Shown: positions 22,428-30,345 of the stretch, piece by piece
How positions within the stretch are numbered: position 1 is the stretch's first letter
Layout of the letters: every line of letters starts with the position of its first letter
From: an uncultured Gammaproteobacteria bacterium
GTDB lineage: Bacteria > Patescibacteriota > Microgenomatia > Levybacterales > UBA12049
Assembly: GCA_964628435.1 (NCBI GenBank)
Contig: CAZVON010000004.1
Span: 1 to 62,402 of the forward strand
DNA length: 62,402 nucleotides
Reading direction: 5' to 3'
Notes under the pieces: generated by a model
What the model saw: only the letters and a program-made list of their open reading frames with translations
Database searches by the model: none
Told to the model about the DNA's origin: nothing
Made by a program: the position numbers and the translations under genes

Positions 22428-24134
22428 TTACTTCTTTTCAATTAGGAAGTTATCTACTACTAACATATCTATGCCGGAGCATTTAAAAGTGTCTAAAGCC
22501 TCTTTTGTTGTGTTAACAATCGGTTCTCCTTTTAAATTAAACGAAGTATTAAGAAGAACAGCAATGCCTGTTTTCTTACCGAAACTTTCTATTAAGCGGT
22601 AATAGCGAGGATGAATATTCTTATCAACAAATTGAGGACGTGCTGTTCCATCAACATGCGTTACTGCTCCTAGATTCTCCTGTTGATCTTTCTTTACGGG
22701 CACAATATAGAGCATGAATTGAAAAGGTTGGTGATCTATTTTATCTCCAACATCAAAAAACCTGCTAGCGTTTTCTATTATTGCTGATGGAGCAAAGGGA
22801 CGAAATCCTTCGCGAAATTTTATTTTACTATTTACTATGTCTTTCGTTTTTACAGATCTTGGATCTGCTAAAATACTTCTATGTCCGAGTGCTCGCGGTC
22901 CCCACTCAAATTCTTCCTGAACCCATCCCACAACTTTTCCTTTTTGAATTTTTCCTGTAATATAATCTATTAAAGTATCTTCACTTTTAATAATTTTGAA
23001 TTTAATATTTTCTTTTTCTAAGGTTCTCTTAACATCTTCTTTCGACTCTGAGTCTCCATAATAAGCATTCGTCATAACAAAGTTTCTCTTTTTATCTAAA
23101 ACAGTAAGATAAGCCCACAACGCTGCTCCAAGAGCACCTCCTGAATCTCCTGCAGCCGGTTGGATAAAAAGCTGCTTGAACTTCGATTGTTTCAAGATTT
23201 GCCAATTAGCCTTACTATTTAACGCAACTCCTCCTGCATAACAAAGGGTATCAAGACCTGTTTTTTTATAAACATAATTTGTTACGCGCAGTAATTGTTC
23301 CTCAAGAACATATTGAATACTCGCAGCAACATCAGCGTAGTAGGGAACTATTTCATCTGGGTTACAGTTCTTTTTTCCAAAAAAACTTTCAAACTTTTTT
23401 GTATAAATCCCTTTTAAATCGTATTGATAAGAAAAATACTCTAGGTTGAGTGAGTAACTTCCGTCTCTGTGGTAATTTAATACTTTGTAGATTTTATCCA
23501 CATATCGAGGTTTTCCATACGGTGCAAGTCCCATTAATTTATACTCTCCTTCGTTTTGCTCATATCCAGCAAACACAGTAAACGCAGTGTATAACAACCC
23601 AAGAGAATTCGGAAATCGAATTTCTTCTTTTATTTCGATTTTGTTTTCGACACCAATCCCCCAACTCGTAGTAGCCCATTCACCAACGCCATCAATACTT
23701 AATACCGCAGATTTCTTAAACGGTGAACAAAAAAAACTGCTCGCCATATGAGAAAGATGATGTTCACAGAAGAGTAGTTTATTTGAGTCAACACCCAATT
23801 CGTTAGTAATATGGCTTTTTATCCAAAGTTTATCAAAAAACCACTCTTTCATTGACTCTCTAAAAAATGACAAAGAATAGGGAGAATACGCTAAAGAATT
23901 TAGAAACAATCTTTCAAATTTTAAGAACGGTTTTTCATAAAAAACAATATATGATATTTCCTGCGAAGTAATTTTTGCTTTCCGCAAACAAAATTGGATT
24001 GCTAGTTTCGGAAAAGACGCATCGTGTTTTTTTCTGGAGAATCTTTCTTCTTCTGCGGCAGCAATTAACAAACCGTCTTTTAGTAAAACCGCGGCACTAT
24101 CGTGATAGTAACAAGAAATTCCTAGTATGTACAT
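22428..24134 (-). CDS. Carbamoyltransferase (NodU/CmcH family)
   Basis: N-terminal MYILGISCYYHDSAAVLLKDG...AAEEERFSRKKHD, and 568 aa is the typical length for this family. Confidence 0.88.
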   Translation of the reverse strand: MYILGISCYYHDSAAVLLKDGLLIAAAEEERFSRKKHDASFPKLAIQFCLRKAKITSQEISYIVFYEKPFLKFERLFLNSLAYSPYSLSFFRESMKEWFFDKLWIKSHITNELGVDSNKLLFCEHHLSHMASSFFCSPFKKSAVLSIDGVGEWATTSWGIGVENKIEIKEEIRFPNSLGLLYTAFTVFAGYEQNEGEYKLMGLAPYGKPRYVDKIYKVLNYHRDGSYSLNLEYFSYQYDLKGIYTKKFESFFGKKNCNPDEIVPYYADVAASIQYVLEEQLLRVTNYVYKKTGLDTLCYAGGVALNSKANWQILKQSKFKQLFIQPAAGDSGGALGAALWAYLTVLDKKRNFVMTNAYYGDSESKEDVKRTLEKENIKFKIIKSEDTLIDYITGKIQKGKVVGWVQEEFEWGPRALGHRSILADPRSVKTKDIVNSKIKFREGFRPFAPSAIIENASRFFDVGDKIDHQPFQFMLYIVPVKKDQQENLGAVTHVDGTARPQFVDKNIHPRYYRLIESFGKKTGIAVLLNTSFNLKGEPIVNTTKEALDTFKCSGIDMLVVDNFLIEKK

Positions 24135-24365
24135 CTACTGCTGTTTTGCCCACGAAAGATCTTGTTCGATCTTTCGTTTTTTTACCCAGAAGCTTTCGTA
24201 ATTTTGGTAGTAACCATGACCAAGTAAAACGTGTTTAAAGAAAACTTTGAGTATAATCGAAAACGGAAGTATAAAAATGACATAAAAGACTGTAAGGATA
24301 ACATTAGCAGGAATATTAACAAGCTTTTTACTTAAAGTTAGCCATTTTACCCATAAGTTTTTCAT
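24135..24365 (-). CDS. Small membrane protein, SxtJ-like (C-terminal-half type)
   Basis: 76 aa, abutting the carbamoyltransferase start. The pattern W..W...SKKLVNIPANVILTVFYVIFILPFSI...SFWVKK resembles the SxtJ-type proteins that accompany carbamoyltransferases. Recognition is from memory only. Confidence 0.5.
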   Translation of the reverse strand: MKNLWVKWLTLSKKLVNIPANVILTVFYVIFILPFSIILKVFFKHVLLGHGYYQNYESFWVKKRKIEQDLSWAKQQ

Positions 24366-24371
24366 ATTTTC

Positions 24372-24563
24372 TCAAAAAAGCGGATAAATAAAGGCCGCAA
24401 CTCCTGTATTGGCAGCAAATAATAAAAGCATCATAAAGAATAACATTATAACGAGGATAGGTATACTCCACCAAAGGTCATACTTCCAAAGCATTTTTAA
24501 AAAATCACTAATAATCGAAAGTTTAAGAATTAATTTTCTTCCAAGTTTTTCCATATTTACCAT
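24372..24563 (-). CDS. Tiny membrane protein, DUF5989-like
   Basis: 63 aa. LWKYDLWWSIPILVIMLFFMMLLLFAANTGVAAFIYPLF matches the remembered DUF5989 pattern (LW...WW.LPI...AP-FIY-LF). First gene of the carbamoyltransferase operon. Confidence 0.5.
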   Translation of the reverse strand: MVNMEKLGRKLILKLSIISDFLKMLWKYDLWWSIPILVIMLFFMMLLLFAANTGVAAFIYPLF

Positions 24564-24749
24564 TATTATTTATCTTAAAAAAAATCATACTCTATATCCG
24601 TTAACAATTCTTATGTCTAAACTTAATGTCAATATTTAATAGCATAAGTTTAAACAGCAAAAAATTAAGAACATTAAGTTTTTCTTGTAACTATCTTATC
24701 AATCAAAGGAACCGTTCTAAGTTCATTTAATATTATATATAATAAGGAT

Positions 24750-24789
24750 CTAGATAACTTTAGAGCGGTTTTTCTCTAAAGTTATCTAG
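24750..24789. repeat. Perfect 16-bp inverted repeat (hairpin, 8-nt loop) at the left IS end
   Basis: ctagataactttagag (24750-24765) and ctctaaagttatctag (24774-24789) are exact reverse complements. The hairpin overlaps the left terminal repeat and the transposase stop. Confidence 0.85.
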
Positions 24790-25409
24790 TAACTCCTGAT
24801 ACATATTAACATGAGTAATGCGCATATTCCATCTAAACTCTGACTCCTTTAAGTGTAACAAGAATTTAGCCTTGTGGATACCATTAAACTTCAGAAGCCT
24901 CCTGGTATATGACCAGAAGGACTCAATCCCATTGACATGGTTTTTTCCTCTGGCAAATTCATTTTCACTATGGTGAATCCTGTGGTGTTTGTAGCCTGAG
25001 GGTAATCATAACTTGTCCATCCATCAGTATAGACAGTTGATTTAGAGAGTATTTTACCTCTTAAAAAGGGCATGAGCTGCTCCTTGGTACAGTTGGAGAT
25101 AATTTGAGTGTAAACTTTACCAAGCCTTTTTAGAAGACCTACCAGATGCACTTTCCCTTTAGCACCTCTGCCTCTTCTTGCTCCAAAGTAACTTTCATCT
25201 ACTTCCACTTCACCACTCGGTTTACTACTCCCTCCTAAAAGTTCTGGAATTCTCAACCTGAAGATCTGATAGAGTCTGTTAATACTGACTCTGGAAAGAT
25301 TAGTCAGATCAGAGACCTGATCTGCTGTAAAATCCTTAGAAAAATACCTTAAAACTTCTATAAATTTTTTCTCTGAAATATGCTAATGGTTAATATACCT
25401 ATTTTTCAT
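24760..25409 (-). pseudogene. IS1595-family (ISXO2-like DDE) transposase, inactivated by an in-frame TAG (25383-25385) and a frameshift near 25003-25012
   Basis: Reads MKNRYINH*HISEKKFIEVLRYF...VDESYFGARRGRGAKGKV..TVYTDGWTSYD, then shifts frame to GYKHHRIHHSENEFARGKNHVNGIESFWSYTRRLLKFNGIHKAKFLLHLKESEFRWN...*. Confidence 0.75.
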
Positions 25410-25561
25410 TGTCCAGATAATCTATTTTAAAACCTAATGGCGTTAATCTTATCTAGACCCTTAAAATTATTCTGTACTCTGATGTACAGGGTATATCTCA
25501 CTGTGAATACTTATAACCCGGTAGCAGAGCTTAACCGTTTATATGCTGGATGAACTGAATT

Positions 25562-25984
25562 ATGCATAAAAAAACTTCAATATCTTTTTTTTGCCCTGCG
25601 TATAATGATGAATACAATCTTCCAATCCTTATTCCTAAAGTCATACGACTAATACAGGAAATTTGTTCTTCATTTGAAGTTGTTATAGTCAATGATGGAA
25701 GTCGTGATAATACTGGTAAAGTTGCAGATGGTCTTGCAAAACAGTATGCACCAAATATAAAAGTGGTGCATCATGTAAAAAACAAAGGCTACGGTGCCGC
25801 GCTGCAAAGTGGTTTTAAGCATGCTAAAAAATATCCGTATGTGTTCTTTACCCACGGAGACAATCAATATAACGTTTTAGTGTTAAAAAAAATGCTTTAC
25901 TATGTACCTAGCTACGACGCGGTTGTGGGTTATAGAACCATTAAAACTTTGAGTATTCAGAGAAAGCTGCAAAGCCAGTGTTAA
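25562..25984 (+). pseudogene. Truncated GT2 (polyprenyl-phosphate glycosyltransferase/DPM1-like), N-terminal 140 aa only
   Basis: ISFFCPAYNDEYNL, VIVNDGSRDNTG, NKGYGAALQSG and a degenerate DxD (THGDNQY). The reading frame ends about 90-100 aa early, 13 nt from the convergent GT4 stop. It sits next to the IS relic. Confidence 0.6.
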
Positions 25985-25997
25985 AAAATGGAGATTT

Positions 25998-27011
25998 TTA
26001 CCTGTTCCAAGGTCTTGCATATAAACGTACAACTTCATCCCACGCTTGTTTTTTAACCCACTGGTAAGCTAGTTCAACTTTTTTCTCTTTTTCTTTTGCA
26101 TCGTTAATGTAATATAAAACCTTCTTAGCAAGCCGATTATAACTTTCGGCAAGTACGATATATTTTGCGTAAGGCACCATTGTTAAGTAATCTTCTTTTA
26201 AAGGGTTATCATATACCGCAAAAACCAGCCGTTTACAAGCCATTGCTTCAAGGATGGATAGGTACCGAGACACAAAAGCAAAATGAGCTTGCCCAAGATA
26301 CTTTTGTGGATGGGGCTCGTTCGTAATTACTTTGCAGTATCTCTTAACAACAGAACGATATTTTCCGTCGCCTATTACGATAAATTCAAAATCAGGTATT
26401 TTTTTTCTGATTAATTTCACTGCTTCAAGATACGTTAGGATTCCCGTTTGATCATCCAATCTTCCAATAAAAACAGCAGAATTTTTGTTTTTCCATTTTT
26501 TATGAATTTTTGGCACATGAACTCCTCCGTACGTAACAAAATTTGGTTTTGTGCCATACCATTTTGTCATGAACCTTCCCACACAAATATTTTCAAAGGA
26601 TAATTTTTCTGATATTTTTCGTAGTATTATGGCTTTTTTGGGAATTGGGTAGTCTTCGTAACCATGAAACGTGGTAAATACTTTTTTACTTGGATATAGG
26701 AATCGAAACGGTAGATACCAATAAAAAACATCATGACAGTGGATAATATCAGCGCTGGTTATTAGTTCTCGATGCTCCCATAACCACTTCCAGATAGCAA
26801 ATTTTTTTAATCGTTGGCTCGTGCGAATTGGAATTCTATAAATAGATATTCCCTCATATTTCTGATATGTTTTTAGTTTTTGCTCATATTGCTCTGTAAC
26901 AACAATAACTTTATACTCTTTCTTGATGAGAATTTTACTTATCTCAAATACATGTTTTTCAACACCGCCAATATGGGGATAAAAAAGTCTTGCGAGGAAA
27001 AGAACAGTCAT
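25998..27011 (-). CDS. Glycosyltransferase family 4 (GT-B, GT1-type)
   Basis: N-terminal FLARLFYPHIGGVEKHVFEISK and C-terminal ILEAMACKRLVF. Confidence 0.75.
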   Translation of the reverse strand: MTVLFLARLFYPHIGGVEKHVFEISKILIKKEYKVIVVTEQYEQKLKTYQKYEGISIYRIPIRTSQRLKKFAIWKWLWEHRELITSADIIHCHDVFYWYLPFRFLYPSKKVFTTFHGYEDYPIPKKAIILRKISEKLSFENICVGRFMTKWYGTKPNFVTYGGVHVPKIHKKWKNKNSAVFIGRLDDQTGILTYLEAVKLIRKKIPDFEFIVIGDGKYRSVVKRYCKVITNEPHPQKYLGQAHFAFVSRYLSILEAMACKRLVFAVYDNPLKEDYLTMVPYAKYIVLAESYNRLAKKVLYYINDAKEKEKKVELAYQWVKKQAWDEVVRLYARPWNR

Positions 27012-27017
27012 AGTATG

Positions 27018-27089
27018 TGGACCCGAGAGGTATCGAACCTCTGACCTGTCGCATGTGAAGCGACCGCTCTACCGCTGAGCTACGGATCC
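27018..27089 (-). tRNA. tRNA-Val (anticodon CAC)
   Basis: The reverse complement folds by hand. Acceptor GGATCCG/CGGGTCC, D arm GCTC-AGCGGTA-GAGC, anticodon arm GTCGC-TTCACAT-GCGAC, T arm AGAGG-TTCGATA-CCTCT. No encoded CCA. Confidence 0.85.
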
Positions 27090-27123
27090 AATTAGTTTTT
27101 TATCTTACCATACTTTTCTCAGA

Positions 27124-27152
27124 TTGACAAAAAATACTAGGTTTGTAACAAT
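27124..27152 (+). promoter_or_regulatory. Putative promoter of lepB (TTGACA-17 nt-AACAAT preceded by TGT), 7 nt before the ATG
   Basis: -35 ttgaca at 27124-27129, a 17-nt spacer, tgt-aacaat at 27144-27152, and the ATG at 27160. Confidence 0.45.
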
Positions 27153-27159
27153 AGTTTAT

Positions 27160-27723
27160 ATGTTTATCCTAAGACCCATTTATACATTTTTCGTCGACAC
27201 CATTCAAACGTTATTGATTGCGGCTTCGGTATTTTTAGTTGTTTATATTTTTTTCTTTCGACCGTTTCAGGTAAGTGGAGCATCCATGTATCCCAATTTT
27301 GAAGATAAAGAATATGTATTGACTAATCTTATAACACTTCGCTTTGAAGATCCAAAACAAGGAGATGTTGTTGTATTTAAGGCACCAAACGAAGCGGAAA
27401 AAGATTTTATCAAACGGGTAATTGGCATACCAGGAGATACTGTTTTTATTCGAGATGGCGATATCTATGTAAATAATGAAAAAATCGATGAAAGTCTATA
27501 TCTTGGTCCTACGGTAAAAACATATGGAGGAGCTTTTTTACGAGAAAACGAAGCGGTAACAGTACCTCAAGGAGCTTACTTTGTAGTTGGAGATAACCGT
27601 CCTTACAGCTCAGACTCACGAGAATGGGGGTTTGTTAAAAAAGATTTGTTGATCGGTAAATCAATGGTTGTGTATTGGCCAGTAAATAAAGTCCGATGGA
27701 TCAATAATCCTTTCACTCACTAA
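27160..27723 (+). CDS. lepB: Signal peptidase I (ATG at 27160 preferred over the TTG at 27124)
   Basis: Catalytic-Ser box SGASMYPN, Lys box KRVIGIPGD, and GDNRPYSSDSREWGF. Confidence 0.9.
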   Translation: MFILRPIYTFFVDTIQTLLIAASVFLVVYIFFFRPFQVSGASMYPNFEDKEYVLTNLITLRFEDPKQGDVVVFKAPNEAEKDFIKRVIGIPGDTVFIRDGDIYVNNEKIDESLYLGPTVKTYGGAFLRENEAVTVPQGAYFVVGDNRPYSSDSREWGFVKKDLLIGKSMVVYWPVNKVRWINNPFTH

Positions 27724-28553
27724 GCATGTAAAAGTTCTGTTATTTGTTTTATTTTTTGGGTGGTAATGTCCTGGTCTCCTTTTACCACTAATACAATTCG
27801 AGCAAGTTTGCTTGACTGAAAAATAGAAACATTTGTGAGATCATATCTTGTTTGTATTTTCTTTGCGAGTTCATCGAGTTCTGGAACATATAGTTTATCG
27901 TTCTGTGTTCTGGGTTCTTTTTTCTGTACTTCACTTTTTATTTTACGAGCCATTTCTTCTGTTTGACGCACAGTACTATTTTCCCGTAAGATTTTTTTGA
28001 ATAATTCAAGCATTAACTTTGAATCACCCAAAGAAATAAGTGGTCGAACGTGCCCTTCTGAAATAACTCCAGCTACTAATGCATCTTTAATCGCATCTGG
28101 TAAAGAAAGAAGACGGATGGTATTTGAAACAGCCGGGGAACTTTTTCCAACTCGTTTCGCAACTTCGCTGGTACCCATTCCAAATTCGTCTATCAAACGC
28201 TTGTAGGCTAATCCTCGTTCAATAGGGTTGAGGTCTTCTCGTTGTACATTTTCTACAATTGACATTTCAAGCATTCCTTGAGGAGATGTTTCTTTTATAA
28301 CAACTGGAACTTTTTCAAGACCTAATACTTTAGCTGCTCTCCATCGTCTTTCTCCTGCAATTATTTGATAACCCGCTGGTGTTTTTGCCACGACGAGTGG
28401 TTCTAAAATCCCCTGTTCACGAATAGACTCCACAAGATCTGCTAACGACTCAGGGTTGATCAAACCGCGCGGCTGAAGAGGATTTGCCTGCAGCATATGA
28501 GTTTCAAGTTCGTAAATTCTGCTATTTTGATTATCCATGAAGTATTTCAACAA
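27720..28553 (-). CDS. parB: ParB/Spo0J-family chromosome partitioning protein
   Basis: [20 protein letters not shown], and an HTH region [25 protein letters not shown]. The start may instead be M6 (28538). Confidence 0.85.
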   Translation of the reverse strand: MLKYFMDNQNSRIYELETHMLQANPLQPRGLINPESLADLVESIREQGILEPLVVAKTPAGYQIIAGERRWRAAKVLGLEKVPVVIKETSPQGMLEMSIVENVQREDLNPIERGLAYKRLIDEFGMGTSEVAKRVGKSSPAVSNTIRLLSLPDAIKDALVAGVISEGHVRPLISLGDSKLMLELFKKILRENSTVRQTEEMARKIKSEVQKKEPRTQNDKLYVPELDELAKKIQTRYDLTNVSIFQSSKLARIVLVVKGDQDITTQKIKQITELLHA

Positions 28554-28782
28554 TTTTTTTACCGTTTAAGTTCTTAAAGTTAACAATTCCCCCATCTCTG
28601 GCAAAGAGTGTAAAATCCCGCCCCATTGATATTCCTTTTCCAGCGAAGAATCTTGTTCCTTTTTGCCTTACAATGATATTGCCTGGCTTCACCGATTGCC
28701 CCCCATATATCTTAACGCCTAAACGCTTAGCAATTGAGTCTCTATTTCCTCTAACTGATCCTTGAGATTTTGTATGTGCCAT
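28531..28782 (-). CDS. rpmA: 50S ribosomal protein L27 (no N-terminal pro-peptide)
   Basis: [29 protein letters not shown]...[15 protein letters not shown]. Confidence 0.95.
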   Translation of the reverse strand: MAHTKSQGSVRGNRDSIAKRLGVKIYGGQSVKPGNIIVRQKGTRFFAGKGISMGRDFTLFARDGGIVNFKNLNGKKIVEILHG

Positions 28783-28839
28783 ATTGTTGTTGTGAAAACT
28801 ACTTGATTTTAATCAAACTTTTCACAGAAGTCAATAGTG

Positions 28840-29241
28840 TCAAACTATATCATTTTTCTGCTTAGCTCTTGCTCTAACCGCTTTACTCGGTTTTTTTTCT
28901 GAAGTTTTTGACTGTTCTTTATTAGATTCAATTTTTTCGATTTTAACCCTGGTTTCTTCCGCCCTAAACCCACTGACTCTTCGATATCTCACTTTGGATT
29001 TAAACTTCGCAACGCGTACCTTTTTACCCTTGATTTGGTCAACAATTGTTCCAGTAATTGATAGGCCTTCAATATGCGGATTTCCAATATAGAAATCTTT
29101 ATCTGAGACCCATAGTAAAACTTTATCGAACCGCACCTTCTCATCGTTCTTGCCTACGAGTTTATCGACTCGCACGACATCTCCTTCAGAAACCGTATAT
29201 TGCTTATTTCCAAGCTGAAAAACTGCATACCCCATAGACAA
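28840..29241 (-). CDS. rplU: 50S ribosomal protein L21 with a Lys-rich C-terminal extension
   Basis: YAVFQLGNKQYTVSEGDVVRVDKL...KFKSKVRYRR. Lies upstream of rpmA. Confidence 0.92.
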   Translation of the reverse strand: MSMGYAVFQLGNKQYTVSEGDVVRVDKLVGKNDEKVRFDKVLLWVSDKDFYIGNPHIEGLSITGTIVDQIKGKKVRVAKFKSKVRYRRVSGFRAEETRVKIEKIESNKEQSKTSEKKPSKAVRARAKQKNDIV

Positions 29242-29259
29242 TTAATTATAACAAATTAC

Positions 29260-30345
29260 TCATCTTATTTCCAGTATCGTTCTTTTTTGCGAATGTATTG
29301 ACATAGCAGATAGTAATCCAAGAAGAATAAAATTTGACAGGAGTGAACTTCCTCCATATGAAACAAACGGAAGCGTAATTCCAACAATAGGAACAATACC
29401 AATATTCATCCCAATGTTGACGAAAAATTGCGTAATTATAAAAAAGAAGGTAAAAATTGCAAATAATGTGCAGAAACGATCATTCGACACTACTGCAATG
29501 GTATAAATTCTATAAAGCAAGAAACCAAATGCAAGGATAATAAAACACGCGCCTATAAATCCAAGTCCTTCTGAAATTGTGGCAAAAATAAAATCAGTAT
29601 GACGCTCAGGAAGAAAACGCAGCATCGACTGAGTTCCCTCTTGAAACCCTTTTCCAAATATACCACCCGATCCAACTGCTATCACCGATTGAATAGCATT
29701 GTAAGATGTTCCTAACGGATCACCTGTAGGGTATATAAATGTTAAAATTCGCTGTTTCTGATAATCACGCATCAACTGCCAGGCTATTGGCATAAAAATA
29801 ACAAAAAGAAGAAAGCCTCCAAAAAACCAAACCATGGAAAACCCTGAGACGATAAGAGAAAAAGTAATAGCTATAAGGTAGATAAGTGCGTTTCCCAAAT
29901 CTGGCTGTAGATAAATCAGCAGTAGAATTGGTAACAATAAGATAAGTACTGTAAGCAATGTCTTTAAAGATAATGGCCTATTCGAAAGAAACGAACAAAA
30001 CGTAATTGCTACAAACGGCTTTATAATCTCTGAGAATTGGATACGAATGCCCAAAATATCAAGCCACCGCACAGCACCTCTGCTTTCTATTCCGAGAAGA
30101 AGTACAACACATAACAGAAAAATTGAAACAATATAGATAGGATATGCATATAACTGAAGAATTTTATAGTGTACTTGAGAAAAAAATAAAAAAACGATAA
30201 AAGAAGCAATAAAATAAACCAACTGACTTCTAAACAAAACAGAATTTAACGAAAAAAGAGTTGTTAACGAAAGGGTACCTAATATAAAAACTGGGGCTAT
30301 TAACATCCAATCTACTCTTAAAAAACTCGTTTTCTGAAAACTCAT
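29260..30345 (-). CDS. rodA: SEDS-family peptidoglycan polymerase (RodA-type)
   Basis: QPDLGNALI, RHTDFIFATISEGLGFIG and LPFVSYGGSS. Confidence 0.85.
   Translation of the reverse strand: MSFQKTSFLRVDWMLIAPVFILGTLSLTTLFSLNSVLFRSQLVYFIASFIVFLFFSQVHYKILQLYAYPIYIVSIFLLCVVLLLGIESRGAVRWLDILGIRIQFSEIIKPFVAITFCSFLSNRPLSLKTLLTVLILLLPILLLIYLQPDLGNALIYLIAITFSLIVSGFSMVWFFGGFLLFVIFMPIAWQLMRDYQKQRILTFIYPTGDPLGTSYNAIQSVIAVGSGGIFGKGFQEGTQSMLRFLPERHTDFIFATISEGLGFIGACFIILAFGFLLYRIYTIAVVSNDRFCTLFAIFTFFFIITQFFVNIGMNIGIVPIVGITLPFVSYGGSSLLSNFILLGLLSAMSIHSQKRTILEIR

Larger units (their letters stand above)
24744..25462 (-). mobile_element. Decayed IS1595-family insertion sequence (about 719 bp) bounded by imperfect terminal inverted repeats
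   Basis: Left repeat aaggatctagataac (24744-24758) matches the reverse complement of 25448-25462 (aagggtctagataag) at 13 of 15 positions. They enclose an ISXO2-like transposase reading frame. Confidence 0.7.
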
